From positions 1 to 33,270 of the forward strand of contig JAEELU010000107.1 of NCBI GenBank assembly GCA_016282815.1: DNA of 33,270 nucleotides, written 5' to 3'. Source of the DNA: Acholeplasmatales bacterium. Lineage in GTDB: Bacteria; Bacillota_I; Bacilli_A; Acholeplasmatales; Anaeroplasmataceae. Shown piece by piece: positions 28,496 through 33,270 of this stretch (its first letter is position 1; each line of letters opens with the position of its first letter). The notes beneath the pieces were generated by a model, which saw only the letters and a program-made list of their open reading frames with translations, did not search any database and was not told the origin of the DNA. The translations under genes and the position numbers were made by a program.

Positions 28496-29179
28496 ATGAA
28501 AAAGAGAATTATTATATTTGTTTCAGCTTTTGTTGCCATTGCAGGATTAGTACTTGCGATAGTATTACCACTAAATTATAAAACAATTAAGGTTATATCA
28601 TTTAAGGAGGATGTAGTATTTGAGGCATCTGGATTTAATGTAAGTAATAATATATTCGCAGATACCCAAAACTACCAGTGGGCAGAAGCGACAATAGAAA
28701 ACATTGATACCTTCTATGATAAGTACATAAAGAAATATACCTATGATGATGTTCCATCAAAGCCATATGAAGGCTTTATATTTAAGAATGGAGCATGCTT
28801 CAGATACGAAAGAATACTTTATTCAAATAGCTTACTCTTCCGTGAATCATTACAATATTATAATGACAAAATTATGCTTGAGCTTGGAGATACTAGATAT
28901 TGTAGTACTGATTCAGGAATATATTATGTCTGGGATATTCCATTTGAGCAGGCAGTAACAATACTTAGTCATGTCGATGAAAGATATTATGCTGTTAAGG
29001 ATGATATATATTTCCTTAAGGCATACGAAGAAGTATATGATGATGTAGCAAGAGAATATAAATATAAGCTTATAAATTACATTCCAATTATAAAGGTTGC
29101 TAATATGACTGGATGGAAGGTAATGGACTCAGATGGTAAGCCTTTATTTGATGTGGATAACACATGGCTTTTTGAGTAA
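28496..29179 (+). CDS. Hypothetical membrane-anchored or secreted protein
   Basis: GAGG SD; N-terminal MKKR plus hydrophobic helix; Tyr-rich remainder with no recognised motif. Confidence 0.7.
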   Translation: MKKRIIIFVSAFVAIAGLVLAIVLPLNYKTIKVISFKEDVVFEASGFNVSNNIFADTQNYQWAEATIENIDTFYDKYIKKYTYDDVPSKPYEGFIFKNGACFRYERILYSNSLLFRESLQYYNDKIMLELGDTRYCSTDSGIYYVWDIPFEQAVTILSHVDERYYAVKDDIYFLKAYEEVYDDVAREYKYKLINYIPIIKVANMTGWKVMDSDGKPLFDVDNTWLFE

Positions 29180-29212
29180 TCAGCTAGCAAATTGAATAAA
29201 GCTTAGACTAAT

Positions 29213-29257
29213 GAAAAGACGCTTATCTCAATTTTGAGATAGCGCCTTTTCTCATTT
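29213..29257 (+). terminator. Intrinsic terminator upstream of pflA
   Basis: Long imperfect stem GAAAAGACGCTTATCTCAA / TTGAGATAGCGCCTTTTC. Confidence 0.75.
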
Positions 29258-29272
29258 ATATAGGTATTATAA

Positions 29273-29301
29273 TTGTAAATAATTATTATATAAATTATAA
29301 T
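29273..29301 (+). promoter_or_regulatory. Putative SigA-type promoter of pflA
   Basis: TTGTAA (29273-29278), 17 bp spacer, TATAAT (29296-29301). The very AT-rich context lowers specificity. Confidence 0.55.
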
Positions 29302-29323
29302 AAAAGGAGAGGATGGTGGTTTT

Positions 29324-30064
29324 ATGAAGGGTAAAATACATTCATTTTTTGCTGGCGGAACTGTAGATGGACCAGGAATTAGATTTGTAATATTCATGAA
29401 GGGCTGCCCACTTAGATGTAAATACTGCCATAACCCAGACACATGGACTCAGGAGAACTCATTAGAATATGAGGTAGAGGATGTATTAAATGAAGCATTA
29501 AAATACAAAGGCTATTTTAGAAATGGTGGTGGAGTTACTGTATCAGGTGGTGAGCCACTACTTCAAATTGATTTTGTAATAGAATTATTTAAATTATTAA
29601 AATCAAAAGGTGTACATACAGCCTTAGATACATCAGGTATTATATTTAATAAGGATAATAAGGATTTATTAAATAAATTTGATGAGCTAATTAAATATAC
29701 TGATTTGGTATTATTAGATATAAAGCATATCGATAATGATGAGCATATTAAATTAACAGGTAAGGATAATAAAAGCATATTAGATTTTGCTAAATATTTA
29801 TCAGATAATAATGTGCATGTTTGGATAAGACATGTATTAGTACCTGATATTACATTAAACGATGATTATTTGATTAAATTAAGAAAATTTATTGATACAT
29901 TAAATAATGTAGATAAGATTGAGGTTTTACCTTACCATACTATGGGCATAGTAAAATATCAAAATTTAGGAATAGAATATCCTTTAAAGGATACAAGAGT
30001 TCCTACTAAGGATGAGGTAAGGCACGCTAAATATTTGTTAGGGGTGATTAAGGATGTGGCTTAA
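29324..30064 (+). CDS. pflA: Pyruvate formate-lyase activating enzyme (radical SAM)
   Basis: GTVDGPGIRFV, GCPLRCKYCHNPDTW (CxxxCxxC), SGGEPLLQ and LPYHTMG; close to pflB. Confidence 0.96.
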   Translation: MKGKIHSFFAGGTVDGPGIRFVIFMKGCPLRCKYCHNPDTWTQENSLEYEVEDVLNEALKYKGYFRNGGGVTVSGGEPLLQIDFVIELFKLLKSKGVHTALDTSGIIFNKDNKDLLNKFDELIKYTDLVLLDIKHIDNDEHIKLTGKDNKSILDFAKYLSDNNVHVWIRHVLVPDITLNDDYLIKLRKFIDTLNNVDKIEVLPYHTMGIVKYQNLGIEYPLKDTRVPTKDEVRHAKYLLGVIKDVA

Positions 30065-30383
30065 TAAGGATAATTATAAGGAATACCTAAAGGGAATAAC
30101 AATAGTTGAGGTATCAGGTGAATCATGTGCTAACTGTTTAACCCTAATGCCAATATTAGATAATATTGTAAAGCAAAGAAATGACTGTAAGCTTTATCAC
30201 ATAGAAGCAAGTGATGACACAATGCAATTAATTAATAAATTTGAGGTATTTAGTGTTCCTACAATACTTGTAATGTATGATGATAATGTTTTTGCATCAT
30301 GTAGAGGATATCAGCCAGAGGAAATATTAGAGCTTTGGATTGATAGTAAGATAGATGAAATAAAGAAAAAATATAATATGTGA
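30054..30383 (+). CDS. Thioredoxin-family protein with an atypical SCANC active site
   Basis: CxxC motif (CANC), cis-Pro motif SVPT, 109 aa; overlaps the pflA stop. Confidence 0.82.
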   Translation: MWLNKDNYKEYLKGITIVEVSGESCANCLTLMPILDNIVKQRNDCKLYHIEASDDTMQLINKFEVFSVPTILVMYDDNVFASCRGYQPEEILELWIDSKIDEIKKKYNM

Positions 30384-30393
30384 GGATAATAAT

Positions 30394-32070
30394 ATGAAAA
30401 AGGGATATAAAAGAATAATTAGCTTATTATTAGTATTATTAGCCTTATTTACTCTATCTGGTTGTAATATAAATAATAGCCCATCTATAAAGAATAGTAG
30501 CCAATCTCAAACAAGTGGTGAGGCTTATGTTGAGCCATGGAAAAGTGGTAAAACTGTAGAGGGAGTTAAAATTAAATATTCATTAACTAATGATGATATC
30601 ACAAAAGCTACAAGTGATATGGAAAGAGCAAGTGCCCTACTTAAGGCAGAAACTGATTATGATACATTTGTTAAAATTCTAGATGAGGATTTACAAAAAT
30701 ATGTTAAGAAGCTTAATGTTGCCATTCGTTCAGAGGAATTATTATATGATTTATATGGTAAGACTGAAAATCAAAATAAATCTCTTGAATTTAAAAATGC
30801 TAAGGTAGAATATGAAGAATGGCTAAATGATATTCTTCATGAAATATATCATAGTGGCTTTAAAACATTATATTATGAGGGAATGACTGATCAAGAAATA
30901 GAAGAGAATATTGGAGAGGATTATCCAGAAAGATATTATGAATTAAATAATCTGGAAAGTCAGTTAACTGCAGATTTTTATAAGCTTGATAGTACATCTA
31001 GAAGCTTTGTTAGTGAGGTAGATAAATTATATAAGCAAATGATGGCTGTTCATAAGGAGCTAGTCTCATATTATGGATATGATGATTATTTCCAATATGC
31101 TTATGATAATATGTATTATAGAAATTATGAAATAAGTAAAACTGATTCATTTTTATCACTTGCACTTAAATATGTAACTGACGAATATACTAAAATGTGG
31201 GGAGAAAAAGAAGCTGCAGTAAGTAAACTAACTAAATCAGAAAAGGAAATATATAATAAGATTATTTATGGAGATTCATTTACTGAATGCTTTAATTATC
31301 TAGAGGATTATTTCAATTACTTTGGTGGATTTGTTAAGGAATTTGCTGATGGATTATTTTGTGATGGTGGATATTATTATATTACATATGAGGATAATGG
31401 CTATGATGGTGCATATCAATATACATTACTTCAGGATGATGCTCCCTCACATCCATTCGTTCTTTATGGTAAAGGATATCATGCTGCAACATATGTAGTT
31501 CATGAATTTGGACATTATATGGCTGATATGACAAATGGTTATACAAGCTATGATGGTAATGAAACGCAATCACAGGCAAATGAATATTTATTCTTTGAGT
31601 ATTTAACTAAATATGCAAATTATGGCTTTAGCGATAATTTAAAAAAGGCAATATTATATGATCATTATGTTGATAGCTATTGGACAGTAGTCCTAGGTGC
31701 TGTAATTAATGAGCTTGAAAAGCGTTGCTATTCTAAGGACTATGAGGTTGGTGATTTAGAAAAAGCCATAAATGATATATATAATACATATCCAAATTTA
31801 AAGAATGTATATAGTAAAGAGGCTATGCTTAACTATACTATCTATGTAGTATTTGAATCACCTGCATATTATATTAGCTATGCAACAAGTATGATGGGTG
31901 CCTTATATATCGATAAGATGGCACAAACTAATTATGATGCTGCTAAGGAAGCCTATAGAAAGCTAATTTATAATGTTGATCGTGACTATAACATTACAGA
32001 TTTATATACTAAATGTGGTTTAGGTGACCCATTTGATGAGGAGACCTTTAAATACATCTTTTCGAACTAA
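30394..32070 (+). CDS. Lipoprotein zinc metallopeptidase, M3 (oligoendopeptidase F-like)
   Basis: Lipobox LSGC, HEFGH (HExxH, ~31501-31515), downstream ETQSQANE, and YYISYA motif. Confidence 0.78.
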   Translation: MKKGYKRIISLLLVLLALFTLSGCNINNSPSIKNSSQSQTSGEAYVEPWKSGKTVEGVKIKYSLTNDDITKATSDMERASALLKAETDYDTFVKILDEDLQKYVKKLNVAIRSEELLYDLYGKTENQNKSLEFKNAKVEYEEWLNDILHEIYHSGFKTLYYEGMTDQEIEENIGEDYPERYYELNNLESQLTADFYKLDSTSRSFVSEVDKLYKQMMAVHKELVSYYGYDDYFQYAYDNMYYRNYEISKTDSFLSLALKYVTDEYTKMWGEKEAAVSKLTKSEKEIYNKIIYGDSFTECFNYLEDYFNYFGGFVKEFADGLFCDGGYYYITYEDNGYDGAYQYTLLQDDAPSHPFVLYGKGYHAATYVVHEFGHYMADMTNGYTSYDGNETQSQANEYLFFEYLTKYANYGFSDNLKKAILYDHYVDSYWTVVLGAVINELEKRCYSKDYEVGDLEKAINDIYNTYPNLKNVYSKEAMLNYTIYVVFESPAYYISYATSMMGALYIDKMAQTNYDAAKEAYRKLIYNVDRDYNITDLYTKCGLGDPFDEETFKYIFSN

Positions 32071-32167
32071 AACGTTATCTTTTTTAACGTAAAGCGCTAT
32101 TATAAAAAAAGAATATAAAATCAATAAAATTATAAAAATAATTTATAGTTTTTTGTAATATATGATA

Positions 32168-32196
32168 TAGATTATAAAATATGTTTATGATAGAAT
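32168..32196 (+). promoter_or_regulatory. Possible promoter of pflB
   Basis: Extended -10 TGaTAGAAT (32188-32196) with a weak -35 TAGATT 17 bp upstream. Confidence 0.4.
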
Positions 32197-32245
32197 AAAG
32201 GCACTTAAGTGTTTATATACGCTTAAAAGAAAGAGAGCGATAAAG

Positions 32246-33270
32246 ATGTTTTATAAAGGATGGGAAGGCTTTGTACCTGGAAAATGGTCACAAGATGAAG
32301 TAAACGTAAGAGACTTTATTCAAAGAAACTACACTCCTTATGAGGGTGATGGTAGCTTTTTAGCTGGTCCAACTGACGCTACTACTAGATTATGGAAAAT
32401 TGTAAGAGAATTACAGGATAAGGAAAGGGCAAAAGGTGGCGTTTTACTTGCTGATACTGATATAATATCGACAATTACTAGCCATAATGCAGGTTATCTT
32501 GATAAGAATCTAGAGAAGATTGTTGGTTTACAAACTGACGTTCCTTTCAAGAGAAGCTTACAGCCATTTGGTGGTATTACAATGGCAGTTCAAGCTTGTC
32601 AAATGTATGGCTATGAGGTTTCTGATAGAGTAAAGGAAATTTTCACTAAATATAGAAAGACACATAATGATGGCGTTTATGATGCATATACGCCTGAGAT
32701 GAGACTTGCTCGTAAGTCTCATATCCTAACAGGTTTACCTGATACTTATGGTAGGGGTAGAATTGTTGGAGATTATAGAAGAATAGCTCTATATGGTGTT
32801 GATTATTTAATTAGACATAAGGAATTAGATAAGAGTCTAATTGAAGGTGATATGACACCTGAAAGAATTAGAGATAGAGAAGAGATTGCTGAGCAAATTA
32901 AAGCCTTAAATGATTTAAAGATTATGGCTTCTAAGTATAATTGTGATATTAGCTTACCTGCAACAAATGCTAGAGAGGCTATCCAAGCATTATATTTTGG
33001 TTATTTAGGTGCTGTTAAGGACCAAAATGGTGCAGCTATGTCAATTGGTCGTAATTCAACATTCCTTGATATTTATATCGAAAGAGATTTAAATAACGGT
33101 GTTATTACTGAAGAGGAAGCTCAGGAATTAATGGATCAATTTGTAATGAAGCTAAGAATTGTTAAATTCATGAGAATTCAATCATACAATGAATTATTCT
33201 CAGGAGATCCAACTTGGGTTACTGAATCAATTGGTGGTATGGGTACTGATGGTAGAACATTAGTAACTAA
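32246..33270 (+). CDS. pflB: Pyruvate formate-lyase (formate C-acetyltransferase), 3'-truncated by the window
   Basis: Absent from the ORF track. Manual translation from ATG 32246: [43 protein letters not shown]...[22 protein letters not shown]...[10 protein letters not shown]...[16 protein letters not shown]; open to the window end. Confidence 0.97.
   Translation, partial: MFYKGWEGFVPGKWSQDEVNVRDFIQRNYTPYEGDGSFLAGPTDATTRLWKIVRELQDKERAKGGVLLADTDIISTITSHNAGYLDKNLEKIVGLQTDVPFKRSLQPFGGITMAVQACQMYGYEVSDRVKEIFTKYRKTHNDGVYDAYTPEMRLARKSHILTGLPDTYGRGRIVGDYRRIALYGVDYLIRHKELDKSLIEGDMTPERIRDREEIAEQIKALNDLKIMASKYNCDISLPATNAREAIQALYFGYLGAVKDQNGAAMSIGRNSTFLDIYIERDLNNGVITEEEAQELMDQFVMKLRIVKFMRIQSYNELFSGDPTWVTESIGGMGTDGRTLVT

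Noticed and set aside
29180-29260. Long hairpin before pflA considered as a riboswitch or small RNA
   Set aside because: It lies upstream of the predicted pflA promoter and directly after a stop codon, so a terminator explains it adequately.
1150-31579. Other short minus-strand or alternative-frame ORFs in the track (e.g. 1150-1386, 3364-3627, 4396-4611, 7189-7434, 10214-10396, 27074-27439, 28743-28958, 29203-29442, 31382-31579)
   Set aside because: All overlap well-supported + strand genes or their regulatory regions and lack recognisable motifs.
1-33270. Mycoplasma-type UGA=Trp recoding
   Set aside because: Long ORFs are complete under code 11, Trp is encoded by TGG, and TGA ends genes at natural positions (21937-21939, 30381-30383).

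Overview
AT-rich (roughly 30% GC by eye) bacterial chromosomal segment. Every credible gene is on the + strand and the standard genetic code applies (TGA used as stop, Trp=TGG). Gene content (alpha2-type GlyRS, PFL, DXS, many lipoproteins) suggests an anaerobic low-GC Bacillota or Acholeplasmatales/Anaeroplasma-like organism; this is inference only. Gene order: end of a pyrimidine operon (carB partial, pyrK, pyrD, pyrF, pyrE); a self-contained ~12.6 kb three-gene operon (CHASE2 membrane adenylate cyclase, FecR-domain surface lipoprotein, 2499-aa BspA-type LRR lipoprotein) with its own promoter, palindromic operator-like sites and terminator; a ZIP transporter + HMA chaperone operon with twin palindromic operators; dxs-GNAT; esterase-acetyltransferase-HAD; glyQS-dnaG-rpoD-trmK (trmK fused to an alpha/beta hydrolase) and a hypothetical gene; pflA-thioredoxin-M3 peptidase lipoprotein; and the 5' part of pflB, which the ORF track misses. 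The best candidate for an undescribed system is the cyclase/FecR/giant-LRR operon, a putative cell-surface-sensing cAMP signalling module. No rRNA, tRNA, CRISPR array or mobile element was seen.
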